Part shown: in pieces, positions 9,786-18,736 of the stretch
How positions within the stretch are numbered: the stretch's first letter is position 1
Layout of the letters: every line of letters begins with the position of its first letter
Source: a virus
Taxonomy: Duplodnaviria; Caudoviricetes
Length of the DNA: 64,000 nt
Virus record (IMG/VR): IMGVR_UViG_3300011871_000002
Span: 96,001-160,000 of that record
Direction: 5' to 3' (one strand)
Program-made: the position numbers and the translations under genes
Notes under the pieces: generated by a model
What the model was told of the DNA's origin: nothing
Databases searched by the model: none
What the model saw: only the letters and a program-made list of their open reading frames with translations

Positions 9786-11885
9786 GTGAACAAATTGAAA
9801 CGTATCAGTGCGCGTGCCCTGCTCGATTTTACCCAAGAACAGCTGTGGGAAAATCTGCACGGACCATTTACCTTGGTGTTCGACGATGGTTTCGCCATCG
9901 ACACCAATGCGCGTGAAACCATCTTCAGTGGTTACGGCTGGGAACTGCACCGGCTTTACCGGCAAACCCCGCTGCTGTACAAGCACCACGTGCGCTTCGT
10001 ACTCAATGGTGGATTGCTCAACTCCGACACCCACTTGCTGATGCTCAGTAACTGCATGTGGAGTGTGTATGACCAATACCTGCTGCCAGACTACAAAGCA
10101 CGCCTGCTGAGTAAGAATGAAGAAGGCCAGGTCATCGAAAAGGTAGTCGCAGAAGTGGTGATGCGCGAACACCTGTTCAAGCGGGCGTACGAGTTGACCA
10201 ACTATATTTACAACGACCTCAGCTATCGTTGTGAAGAGTATGTGGTTTCACTCAACATCCTGGACTTCATGGAGATCCTTGCGCACCCCAAAGTGCGCGA
10301 GATCAACAATACCTTGCAGCCGACTCCCACGTCGGTGAACAATGCGTACAAGGTGGTCAAGGAGACGCTGCGCAATGCGCCAGAACTGCAACACAATCCG
10401 CTGGCCAAGGCAGTGCATTCGCGTACTGTGAAAGAAGACCAGCTGATGCAGTGCTTGACGGCGCGTGGTACGCTCACGGACGTGGACTCGTATGTGTTTC
10501 GTCCGCCGGTATTGCGCGGTTACGCACGCGGTTTCCGCAGTCTCTACGAGGCGCTGGTGGAATCGCGTTCGGCCGCCAAATCCTTGGCGTCGTCTAAGGC
10601 CCAGCTGCAAGATGCGGAATACTTCTCGCGCCGCCTGCAACTGATCGACCAGATCGTCCAGAATCTGCACATGGGCGATTGCGGCTCGACCCAGTACTTG
10701 AACTGGTACATGCGACCAGAGCTGAAGGAGGGTGGGCGGGTGGTGCGCAAGTCCGACCTGAAGGGTATGGTCGGCAAGCACTACGTGGACGACAATGGCA
10801 AGCTCCAGACCATTGGCGATAAGGATACCCACCTGATCGGCCAGAAGCTGCGGCTGCGGGCGGTGCGTTTCTGCCGCCACCCTGACCCGTACGGCATTTG
10901 CAGTACATGTTTCGGTGAACTGTCCTTGTCAGTGCCGGCCGGTTCGAATATCGGGCACATGTGCTGTACCCACATGACGCAAAAGAGTAGCCAGTCGGTG
11001 CTCTCGCTGAAACACCTCGACATGTCCTCGGACGTGGATGGCGTGGTCATCGATACGTTCATGCGCAAGTTCGTGCGGGCTTCGTCTGACGAAAGCTCGT
11101 ATGTGCTGGCACCGGAACTGAAAGCGGCAGACTCGGTTAGGCTGATCGTGGCGATTTCGCAAGCACGTGGCCTGACAGATATCCGCGATGTGGACGATGT
11201 GGAAAAGCTGACCCTGTCGCACGTGTCGGAGATGGAAACCATCACCATCGAAACCGCATTGAATGGCATCGCGGCAACCGATGTGGTGCCGGTCAAGTTG
11301 GCTAACCGCAACGCCAGCATGACCCATTACCTGCTGGATTACATCAAGGAGTTTGGCTGGGGGATGGACGATAAGGGCAACTACGTGATTGACATGGGTA
11401 AGTGGGATTGGGACCTGCCGTTCCTGACCCTACCGCCTAAGCATTACAACATGAGCGACCACTCGGCCGCTATTGCGAAGATGCTGGAGTCGACCGTGAA
11501 CGAGGCAGAAGACCGTGACAATAACACCGATCCGTCGGAGTTCTTGCGCGAGTTCCATGACCTTGTCAACGACAAACTCAATGTCAATTTCGCAGTCAAC
11601 GAAGTGATCGTGCTGGGTGTCACGATCCGCTCGGCCAAGGACTTTGACTACCGTCTACCTAAGCCGGGCACGCCAGAAGGTTTGGGTGTGCGTTCCAACA
11701 TCATGTACTACCGTAGTGCAACTGCACTGTTCGCCTTCCAAGGGCACCGCGAGTTCTTGCGGCATCCGACCTCGTACCTGAAGGAGGTGAACAAGCGTCG
11801 TCCAAATCACCCAATGGACGGTTTCATCGCGCCGCAAGAAGTGTTGGCGGCGGAACAGCAAAGGAAAGGTTGGGTCAACGACTAA
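9786..11885 (+). CDS. Non-virion RNA polymerase beta' subunit, C-terminal part (phiKZ gp74-like)
   Basis: Bridge helix (YFSRRL), DCGS, Zn site C..PDPYGIC..CFG, trigger loop (SQSVLSLKH). GTG 9786 behind GGAGG. Confidence 0.9.
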   Translation: MNKLKRISARALLDFTQEQLWENLHGPFTLVFDDGFAIDTNARETIFSGYGWELHRLYRQTPLLYKHHVRFVLNGGLLNSDTHLLMLSNCMWSVYDQYLLPDYKARLLSKNEEGQVIEKVVAEVVMREHLFKRAYELTNYIYNDLSYRCEEYVVSLNILDFMEILAHPKVREINNTLQPTPTSVNNAYKVVKETLRNAPELQHNPLAKAVHSRTVKEDQLMQCLTARGTLTDVDSYVFRPPVLRGYARGFRSLYEALVESRSAAKSLASSKAQLQDAEYFSRRLQLIDQIVQNLHMGDCGSTQYLNWYMRPELKEGGRVVRKSDLKGMVGKHYVDDNGKLQTIGDKDTHLIGQKLRLRAVRFCRHPDPYGICSTCFGELSLSVPAGSNIGHMCCTHMTQKSSQSVLSLKHLDMSSDVDGVVIDTFMRKFVRASSDESSYVLAPELKAADSVRLIVAISQARGLTDIRDVDDVEKLTLSHVSEMETITIETALNGIAATDVVPVKLANRNASMTHYLLDYIKEFGWGMDDKGNYVIDMGKWDWDLPFLTLPPKHYNMSDHSAAIAKMLESTVNEAEDRDNNTDPSEFLREFHDLVNDKLNVNFAVNEVIVLGVTIRSAKDFDYRLPKPGTPEGLGVRSNIMYYRSATALFAFQGHREFLRHPTSYLKEVNKRRPNHPMDGFIAPQEVLAAEQQRKGWVND

Positions 11886-11896
11886 TCCACAAGGGC

Positions 11897-11929
11897 GGAG
11901 GGATGCTTAGTTGGCATCCCTCCATTTTT
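11897..11929 (+). terminator. Intrinsic terminator
   Basis: GGAGGGATGC-ttagttg-GCATCCCTCC followed by ATTTTT. Confidence 0.75.
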
Positions 11930-11972
11930 GGTGCGGCATGTTGTCGTTCGTTTTTTGCAAGAAAGGTCCTCA

Positions 11973-13517
11973 ATGCCAGAACTTCGCGTCCATGTACGCA
12001 CCCATCACATTTTGATTCGTGACATTGCCCTCCGAGCGCGTCCTGCGCTATTGGAGCTGGTGCGTCGGTATTCAGAATTTGGCAGCCAACGTTTGCCCAA
12101 TGGACGCTACGTCAAAATTCACGTGCGTACGTACGCTGCCAGAACTCAAGATTGGCAAGAGTTACGGTTTCACATCAACCAGTTGCCCGCGCTGAAAGAG
12201 GTACTGAAGAAGCACCAAATCGAGGGCGACATGGTGGAATACATCACGACGCCTACCTATGAACCCACGCGGGTCGAGTTACGGATTCTGGATAAATGGC
12301 AGCCGCGCGATTATCAATTGCCGGTGCTGGAATTCATGAACACCCGCAACCCCCCACCTCCGTTTCCGCAAGGTTATACGGCAGCCAAACTGGTGGCAAT
12401 CCAAACCGGCAAAGGCAAAAGCTTTTGTGGGATGAATTCCATGTCCCATTACGGTGCGCGTGCATGGATTAACATCAAGCCCATGTACATCGAGAAATGG
12501 ATTGAAGATGTGCTAAAGACGTACGACATTACGGAAGACGATATCCGGGTCGTGCAAGGTGGTGCGGCAATGATGAAACTACTGGACGATGCGTTAAACG
12601 ATAGCATCACCGAAAAGATCATCATTACCAGTAACAAGACGTATCAGAATTACCTCAAGATGTACGAGCTATTTAGCTACAAGCTCGCAGACCATGGTTA
12701 CGCGTTTCCGCCTGACCAGTTCTGTGAAGCATGTGGTATTGGCTTTCGTTTGATCGATGAAGTCCACCAAGACTTCCACCTGAATTTCAAGGTCGACCTA
12801 TACACCCATGGGCCGGTGTCGATTTCCTTGTCTGCCACACTCACTTCGTACCAGTCGTTCATGGAACAGATGTACGAGATCGCGTATCCGCGTGAAGTGC
12901 GGTATGACAAGATGGAGTATCACAAGTACGTATCCGCGCGTTCCTTGATTTGGGGTTTGCAGTTCCCGCAAAAGGTGAAGTACAAAAACGGCGGCAGTTA
13001 CTCGCACAATGTGTTCGAGCAAAGCATCCTCAAGTACAAGGGGATGACGAGTAACTATCTGGAAATGATGCGCTCTACCATTAACATCGATTTCATGCAG
13101 GATCGACGCGAAGGTGACCGCTGCTTGATTTTCTGTGCATCGATCGACATGTGTACGGTCGTCACGGATTACATGAAGGCTCAGTACCCGAACTTGGATG
13201 TTCGTCGGTACGTAGAGAAAGACCCGTACGAGAACGCAATGGAGCCAGACATCATTGTCTCCACCATGTTATCGGCAGGCACGGCTCTGGATATTCCTAA
13301 TCTGCGCATGGTCTTCATGACCACCTGTATGCAAAGTAAGCAAGGCAATATCCAAGGGTTCGGGCGGTTGCGTTTTATCGAAGGGGTGAAGTTGCGTTTC
13401 GTTTATACGGCATGCGAGAGTATTCCCAAGCAGATGGCTTATCACGAAGAAAAGAAAACCTTGCTTCGTGATCGTGCTTTGTACTACCGCACGGATTATT
13501 ATCGCACGCCTGTATAA
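11973..13517 (+). CDS. SF2 (DExH) helicase, phiKZ gp75-like
   Basis: QTGKGKS Walker A, IDEVH, LSAT, QGFGRLR motif VI. ATG 11973 behind AAAGG. Confidence 0.9.
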   Translation: MPELRVHVRTHHILIRDIALRARPALLELVRRYSEFGSQRLPNGRYVKIHVRTYAARTQDWQELRFHINQLPALKEVLKKHQIEGDMVEYITTPTYEPTRVELRILDKWQPRDYQLPVLEFMNTRNPPPPFPQGYTAAKLVAIQTGKGKSFCGMNSMSHYGARAWINIKPMYIEKWIEDVLKTYDITEDDIRVVQGGAAMMKLLDDALNDSITEKIIITSNKTYQNYLKMYELFSYKLADHGYAFPPDQFCEACGIGFRLIDEVHQDFHLNFKVDLYTHGPVSISLSATLTSYQSFMEQMYEIAYPREVRYDKMEYHKYVSARSLIWGLQFPQKVKYKNGGSYSHNVFEQSILKYKGMTSNYLEMMRSTINIDFMQDRREGDRCLIFCASIDMCTVVTDYMKAQYPNLDVRRYVEKDPYENAMEPDIIVSTMLSAGTALDIPNLRMVFMTTCMQSKQGNIQGFGRLRFIEGVKLRFVYTACESIPKQMAYHEEKKTLLRDRALYYRTDYYRTPV

Positions 13518-13552
13518 AAAGGTGGAGGAGGCAACTCCTCCACCTATGCCGG
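13516..13552. terminator. Hairpin/terminator with TATGCCGG motif
   Basis: AGGTGGAGGAG-gcaa-CTCCTCCACCT with GNRA loop, followed by ATGCCGG. Confidence 0.7.
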
Positions 13553-13576
13553 ACAGTTAAAAAAGAAGGAGTAGCA

Positions 13577-13864
13577 ATGAATACGTACCACGTCCTCATT
13601 GAAGGGAACGTCTTGACCAAGGAGCAAGCAGCAGCGGTCAAGCTCTCGGTAGAGTTATTGTTTAATCGCACCACGCGCTTCTTGCGTGACTATAGCCACT
13701 GGAAGGAGGAACGGATCAAAAAGTATGTGAGTGACTATCTGCACTCCGCAGAAGTCTTGCGTGCCTTTGACCCCAACTGGAGTTGCCCCAATATTGTCTT
13801 TGTTGCGGGAGTAGCCCAGTTAGTCAAACCTGCCGATGAACTATTCGGCAACAAAAATAGCTAA
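13577..13864 (+). CDS. Hypothetical protein (paralog of downstream ORF)
   Basis: RBS AAGGAG; 95 aa; aligns by eye with 13880..14200. Confidence 0.7.
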   Translation: MNTYHVLIEGNVLTKEQAAAVKLSVELLFNRTTRFLRDYSHWKEERIKKYVSDYLHSAEVLRAFDPNWSCPNIVFVAGVAQLVKPADELFGNKNS

Positions 13865-13879
13865 GAAAGGAAAGAGGAA

Positions 13880-14200
13880 ATGGAAATCGAAACCATGCAA
13901 CATACCGTCATCATCGATGGTCACGAACTGAACCCGGCGCAAGCCAACGCAGTGGTACAAGCCATCGAAGACCAATTCAGTCTCGGGCTCGACGAGATGT
14001 ACGACAACGATGTCGATGAAAATGCCAAGATGGATTCGGCGCCGTATCTGCTATCGCTGGCAGAAGTGCTGGCCAAGATCGATCCCGAATTTAGTCCGGA
14101 CGACATCGCCATCGTGGAAGGCGCTGCCGACTTCACCGGTAAACTTTCGGAGTATGGCGTCGATGAAGTACCGGTCGACGATCTGGACGAAATCGAGTAA
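13880..14200 (+). CDS. Highly acidic hypothetical protein (paralog of upstream ORF)
   Basis: RBS AGGA/GAGG; 106 aa; very D/E-rich. Confidence 0.75.
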   Translation: MEIETMQHTVIIDGHELNPAQANAVVQAIEDQFSLGLDEMYDNDVDENAKMDSAPYLLSLAEVLAKIDPEFSPDDIAIVEGAADFTGKLSEYGVDEVPVDDLDEIE

Positions 14201-14202
14201 GT

Positions 14203-14241
14203 CGGCATAAAAAGCTAGGGGAAACCCTAGCTTTTTTCTTT
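14203..14241 (+). terminator. Intrinsic terminator with CGGCATAAA motif
   Basis: AAAAAGCTAGGG-gaaa-CCCTAGCTTTTTT. Confidence 0.85.
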
Positions 14242-14258
14242 GTCATTTTGGTGGATTC

Positions 14259-14299
14259 AAACAAATTATGGTCACATATTCTTTCGGTGAATTGGAAGT
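14259..14299 (+). promoter_or_regulatory. Putative early promoter
   Basis: GTCACATATTCT at 14271-14282. Confidence 0.65.
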
Positions 14300-14343
14300 A
14301 GTAACTTCTATTTGTTCATTTATTCACTGGAGAATTTGCAACT

Positions 14344-15042
14344 ATGACGACCATTATTTACAAAGCTGGTAAACTCTACGCTGACAGCCGCATCACTCAA
14401 GTCGCCCTGAAAGATGGCGAATGGGTTTCGGAGTCGCACAGCGATACCGAAGTAAAGATTTACGAACCACGCCACCTCTACATGGGCGGTAAGCGTATTC
14501 TCGCTGTAGGTATTGCTGGCTTAGCGAGGATGAAACAAATGCTCGAAGGTCTGGATGACATCGCAGAGAAGAGCAGTGGCTTTTTCAACATGGATGATGC
14601 GGATGTTCCTGCCGCTATCCAGGCACACCTGCCGTTCAAAAGTTCCCTCGTGATGGTCACGACCGCCAATGTGTTTGTGATCGAAGCTACCAAGGAAGAG
14701 TACAAGGTGTCGAAGTTTAACCTTGCGCACTACCTTGCAACGGGTAGTGGTGTTGACAAAACACCGCAAATTATCGAGACTGTAAAGAAGGTCTCGCCTG
14801 AAGTGGCCATGGTCGATGCGATGCTGGCCGATAGCGCTACGGGCGGTGAGGTGTCGGTGTGGCAGTACGGCCGTACCGGCATCGAGCGCTATGTGCCGAA
14901 GCGCGCATACTCGAAACTGGATCGCTATATGACGGCGTGGTGCCACTCGATCGCACTGGTGCGCGATGTGACTCGCATGATCATCTCGTTGGCGAAATAC
15001 CAAGCAGAAGATCAAAAGAGCGCTAAGCTGGTTTGCCAGTAA
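14344..15042 (+). CDS. Ntn-hydrolase / HslV(proteasome beta)-like protein
   Basis: N-terminus M-T-T-I-I..G.L.ADS..T, internal ATGSG and D.ATGG: typical of N-terminal-Thr peptidase folds. Confidence 0.65.
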   Translation: MTTIIYKAGKLYADSRITQVALKDGEWVSESHSDTEVKIYEPRHLYMGGKRILAVGIAGLARMKQMLEGLDDIAEKSSGFFNMDDADVPAAIQAHLPFKSSLVMVTTANVFVIEATKEEYKVSKFNLAHYLATGSGVDKTPQIIETVKKVSPEVAMVDAMLADSATGGEVSVWQYGRTGIERYVPKRAYSKLDRYMTAWCHSIALVRDVTRMIISLAKYQAEDQKSAKLVCQ

Positions 15043-15125
15043 ACGCGCGTTAATTAATTAAACAAGAAAGAAGGGAGGGGACTACCCTCTCTTTCTTCAA
15101 ATAACTATTCAAGAAAGGAAGTACC

Positions 15126-15254
15126 ATGCAACACGCACAAAACAATTTCAAAGACACCCAAGCCAAGAACAAAGATGGCTGGGTGATGGTCGCGGTAGCA
15201 GTGTTCGTTCTGGTGAGTGTGTCGGTACTGTTCGCTCACGCGGTGGGGGGTTAA
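15126..15254 (+). CDS. Small single-pass membrane protein (42 aa; not in ORF track)
   Basis: RBS AAAGGAAG; MQHAQNNFKDTQAKNKDGWVMVAVAVFVLVSVSVLFAHAVGG*; fills the gap to the next ORF. Confidence 0.6.
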   Translation: MQHAQNNFKDTQAKNKDGWVMVAVAVFVLVSVSVLFAHAVGG

Positions 15255-15257
15255 ACA

Positions 15258-15692
15258 GTGAGTATGAATTTTAAGGGAGCGTTTCATCAGCTCGAGGCTG
15301 ATCTGCAAGTGAAGGTCTTCGAGGAATTCGTCGTCAACGGTCTTAGTTATAAGAAGATCGATGAAAAGTATGGGTTCGGCGCTGGTCGCGCTAAGCGCTA
15401 TGTGTCGGAGGCGAGTATCATGCTCTGGCGCGGCTACAAGGATTGTGTTTTGTTTCCAGAACCGCACGGCTACGATTCTGGCTACCTTATCCATGAAAAC
15501 AGTAGCCACCATGTACTTGGTAAAATGGGTGATGGTCGGGCATTTTTCCCTAGCCACCGCGAGGTCCATGAAATCGAAGTCCGGAACAACTGGCCCTTTG
15601 AAACGGATAAAATGCGAGAGCAAAAGGACATTTACGCCCACGTGATCTACCTTTACCGGGCGGATCGTAAGAAAACAAAAGAAGCAGCATAA
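15258..15692 (+). CDS. Hypothetical protein, possible N-terminal HTH
   Basis: 144-aa ORF in operon; LSYKKIDEKYGFGAGRAKRY is HTH-like. Confidence 0.55.
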   Translation: MSMNFKGAFHQLEADLQVKVFEEFVVNGLSYKKIDEKYGFGAGRAKRYVSEASIMLWRGYKDCVLFPEPHGYDSGYLIHENSSHHVLGKMGDGRAFFPSHREVHEIEVRNNWPFETDKMREQKDIYAHVIYLYRADRKKTKEAA

Positions 15693-15708
15693 CAAGAAAG
15701 GAATCACT

Positions 15709-16212
15709 ATGTCACAGCACCACATTAGCGCACGCGGTCTGCTCAGTCTTCTGGTGGGTAAAGACATCGGTTGCCCGATCACCTTGGAGAATATCATCGA
15801 AGACTGCATCCATAATCGTGACCGGACTGCCGAACCAAGAATCACCATGCTCAATGGTGACTCCTCGGAAAGTCAAGAAGTAACGATCGCCAAGCAGTTG
15901 TTGCAAAGTCTGGACGAAGTGGGGTACCAAATCGTGCGGAAAGATACCCCCGCCATACCTATTATCGAACCCGACAATCAGCTCAAGCCACTTGAGTGGC
16001 GTCAGTATCACTACAAAGCAAAAGTTGTTGACAAAGAAGGTGTAACCCATCACGTAAGGGGAAGCACCAGGTTTCCTGTCGGAGATAGTGTTAAAGCTGA
16101 AGACATCGTGCGTTCAGTAAAGTGTGCGATTCTTATTAAGCATTTTGAGTCAGGAATAGCCAATGACCTAGACAAAGTCACACTCTTGGAAAACGTCAGG
16201 ATCGACGGTTGA
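15709..16212 (+). CDS. Hypothetical protein
   Basis: RBS AAAGGA; 167 aa; followed by a terminator. Confidence 0.65.
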   Translation: MSQHHISARGLLSLLVGKDIGCPITLENIIEDCIHNRDRTAEPRITMLNGDSSESQEVTIAKQLLQSLDEVGYQIVRKDTPAIPIIEPDNQLKPLEWRQYHYKAKVVDKEGVTHHVRGSTRFPVGDSVKAEDIVRSVKCAILIKHFESGIANDLDKVTLLENVRIDG

Positions 16213-16294
16213 CGGCATAAAAAGCATTTCGAGGAGGACTCCGTAATGGGGTCCTCCTCTTATGCCGCGAAAAGAGCGATGCTCTTTTTTTTTT
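16213..16294. terminator. Nested bidirectional terminator hairpins with CGGCATAA...TTATGCCG
   Basis: CGGCATAA...GAGGAGGACTCC-gtaat-GGGGTCCTCCTC-TTATGCCG, then AAAAGAGC-gat-GCTCTTTT with a poly-T run. Confidence 0.8.
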
Positions 16295-16296
16295 GT

Positions 16297-16770
16297 CTAG
16301 ACGACCGGTTCGCAGTCAAGCCAACCGTAAGGCAGGTAGACCGTGGTCTTGAGAGGTAACGGCCCCAAGATCCGGGAAACTACCGGTTCGACTTCTTCCC
16401 ACCACAGTAGGCCGCCATTGCCACAGCCCGGTGGCGGCATGGCCAATTCCGTGATCCCATATTTCTCATAGTTCTTGGCGATGTCGTTCAACGCCGCTTC
16501 GATCCATTCGATCTTAGATGGGTTCTTCCAGTGCATTTTAGTGGGCATGCACAGGACTTTACGGGTGGGTGAATGGTCCCAGAGGAAGTTTCGGTTCGTC
16601 CTGAAGAAGTAGCCCCGGCAGGCGCGCTTGTACGCTACATATAGCGTCGGATACTGTTCCTTAAACCACTTGGCCACACCTGCTCCCATGACTCCCACAG
16701 TATTGACCGTGCAGGTGATGGTTTGTGCGTCGCTATCGGCGATGCTTCCTTCTACAAAGAAAACAGGCAT
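16297..16770 (-). CDS. Macrodomain ADP-ribosylglycohydrolase (DarG/TARG1-like)
   Basis: VNTVGVMGAGVA..FK..YP, PTK.HWK.PS, PPPGCGNGGL.W motifs; RBS GGAGG. Confidence 0.85.
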   Translation of the reverse strand: MPVFFVEGSIADSDAQTITCTVNTVGVMGAGVAKWFKEQYPTLYVAYKRACRGYFFRTNRNFLWDHSPTRKVLCMPTKMHWKNPSKIEWIEAALNDIAKNYEKYGITELAMPPPGCGNGGLLWWEEVEPVVSRILGPLPLKTTVYLPYGWLDCEPVV

Positions 16771-16785
16771 AGTGCCTCCATGTGA

Positions 16786-17157
16786 TTAAGTGCCAAGTGG
16801 TGGCGCGCTGGCGATGAGCTTGCTATCGGCAGCTTGCTTGGCGCGACATTCTTCGATGATGATCTCCACCTTTTCACGGGGATATTCCATCAACTCTTTC
16901 AGGGACAAACCAGTGTACTTCAAAACATCAAAGGCCATGAAGTCTTTCACGCGCCGCTGGAATGCCCCACCTTTGGAGCTATTCTCAGCGGGTCGAAGCG
17001 TCACAAGTGCGAGTGGATGAACATTGGGCTGATCGTGGTTGAAGATACCAAACACGGTTTCATACCGCTCGCGCATGGCTAACTGCGTGTCCGAAGAGAG
17101 CATCTTCGGTGCCTTCTCCAATGCACTAGCGATCTCGGTGCGCATCGCTAGGTCCAA
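16786..17157 (-). CDS. Conserved small protein; likely the C-terminal extension reached by -1 frameshift from 17208..18731 (gpT / P2 E' / T4 gp51-like)
   Basis: Frame stays open upstream to ~17325, overlapping the 3' end of the 507-aa ORF in the -1 frame. GLSLKELMEYP motif resembles tail-chaperone extensions. Confidence 0.6.
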   Translation of the reverse strand: MDLAMRTEIASALEKAPKMLSSDTQLAMRERYETVFGIFNHDQPNVHPLALVTLRPAENSSKGGAFQRRVKDFMAFDVLKYTGLSLKELMEYPREKVEIIIEECRAKQAADSKLIASAPPLGT

Positions 17158-17207
17158 CTCCGGGTCTTCTCCGAAGTGTGAATGTGCAAGGTGGACCAGT
17201 GGAACCG

Positions 17208-18731
17208 TTACTTCCTCTGGTCCAACAACTGCACTTTCTGGAGGAGAAGGATAAAAAAAGTCGACATCGTGTCCAGCACCATGAAGTTCGGGAACTTCTT
17301 CATCACGGTCGACGGGTTTTCGTAGTCACCGCGCGGAACAGCCACGACCGAGACAGTCGAGTCTTCCACGTACTGCTTGATGGCGTCGAAGAACACCTCG
17401 CTGTACTGATCTGCGCTACTGTAAACATCGAGGGCGTTGTCGATGTCTTCGCGTTCGTCGAGGATATCGGCGCCGACATTGATCTGCTTGACCCAGTGCG
17501 AGAACTGGCGCAAGTTGGTGGCCTTGCCCAGACGCTGGATGTAGGCCACGCGCTGACGCTCGTCGGTGTTCAGCCCGAGCGCCTTGTCGACCATCGCAGT
17601 GATGTTGTTGACCCAGCGGGCACCGTTTTCCAGGTACTCTGCAATACTCGGTACGGACAGCACGAACGAGAGCTGGTCGTTGACGACCACCCGGCGTTCT
17701 TGGCCGCGCAGGAACTGCTCTTGGTAGATACGCAGCGTTTCGCGGTTGACCTTCTGGCCGCGCTGCTTGGCCATGTGGGCGCGCTGGCGATCGGTAATGG
17801 CCAGGTTGTCGGTGATCTGGCAGCTACCCAGTTTGAGGATCGCTTCTTCGGTGATGTATTCACCGTTGTCGTTGATCTTCACACGGCTATACGGGTAGCC
17901 TTGCGGCCAGACCGTGTAGGCCAGTCCCCAGATCAGCAGTGGCAGATCCAGCACACTGATGACTTCGTGATACGAGCGTTCGTGCTCGATCAGGTTGCTG
18001 TTGTAGATGTGCTCGATGGCGAAGTCGGCCAGCACACCAGCGAAGATGGCCGAGTTGTTACCGAAGATCATGCCGTGGGTTTGGCGACCCAGATTGACTT
18101 TCTCTTCAGTCAGCTTTCGATTCAGCTCGACCAGTTCTTCGTCGCTCGGCGCCTTCATCGTGACCCAGATGCCGGTGTGGTACAGCGGGATGGTGAAAGT
18201 AGTGCCTTGGCCCAGCGCTTGACGCACCCGCATCATTGCCGCTTCCCCGGTCAGCTTCTTGCCGTCGCCCGACTGCCAGCTACGCTTGGTAGCAAACAGC
18301 GGGCCGTTCTCGCTCGGCACGTCCTGTACCCAGTAACTGCCTGGGCGGTAAGTGATTTCCGAGTACCAGCTGTCGTAGGGGATGGTGAACATCGCCCGCT
18401 GGAAACTTTCGAGGAAGCGTCGACCCGACTCCGACTTGCCCCAGTCTTCGTTGGGCATGTTGTTGAGCTTGTCGGCGGTCTCGTTGTAGGTCTCGTTGGC
18501 CAGATCGATCTGGCCTGGCGGACGCGGTTGGCCGACCGCGTGCTCGATGAAGATCTCGCGGGTTTGTTCGCAGGTCGGTGCTGCTGCGACTTTTTCTTCA
18601 GGTACTGCGCCGCCGTCGGCGGCATCTTTCAGGGCGGCGTCGTCAGCGACGTTCGGATTTGGAGACGGCAACGGCGCGGCGAGGTCGCCGAGCGATGGTG
18701 CTTGATAATTGCTGTTGTCTTGGGTATCCAC
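17208..18731 (-). CDS. Conserved phiKZ-like protein (gp77-like), putative tail/baseplate-hub assembly chaperone
   Basis: 507 aa, GTG start behind AGGAG; ends ...STFFILL... over a U7 run. Confidence 0.6.
   Translation of the reverse strand: MDTQDNSNYQAPSLGDLAAPLPSPNPNVADDAALKDAADGGAVPEEKVAAAPTCEQTREIFIEHAVGQPRPPGQIDLANETYNETADKLNNMPNEDWGKSESGRRFLESFQRAMFTIPYDSWYSEITYRPGSYWVQDVPSENGPLFATKRSWQSGDGKKLTGEAAMMRVRQALGQGTTFTIPLYHTGIWVTMKAPSDEELVELNRKLTEEKVNLGRQTHGMIFGNNSAIFAGVLADFAIEHIYNSNLIEHERSYHEVISVLDLPLLIWGLAYTVWPQGYPYSRVKINDNGEYITEEAILKLGSCQITDNLAITDRQRAHMAKQRGQKVNRETLRIYQEQFLRGQERRVVVNDQLSFVLSVPSIAEYLENGARWVNNITAMVDKALGLNTDERQRVAYIQRLGKATNLRQFSHWVKQINVGADILDEREDIDNALDVYSSADQYSEVFFDAIKQYVEDSTVSVVAVPRGDYENPSTVMKKFPNFMVLDTMSTFFILLLQKVQLLDQRK
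17253..17259 (-). other. Putative programmed -1 ribosomal frameshift site (U UUU UUU)
   Basis: Minus strand reads ACT TTT TTT ATC in frame 0; the -1 frame continues TAT CCT TCT... to the stop at 16786. Confidence 0.6.
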
Positions 18732-18736
18732 GAACT

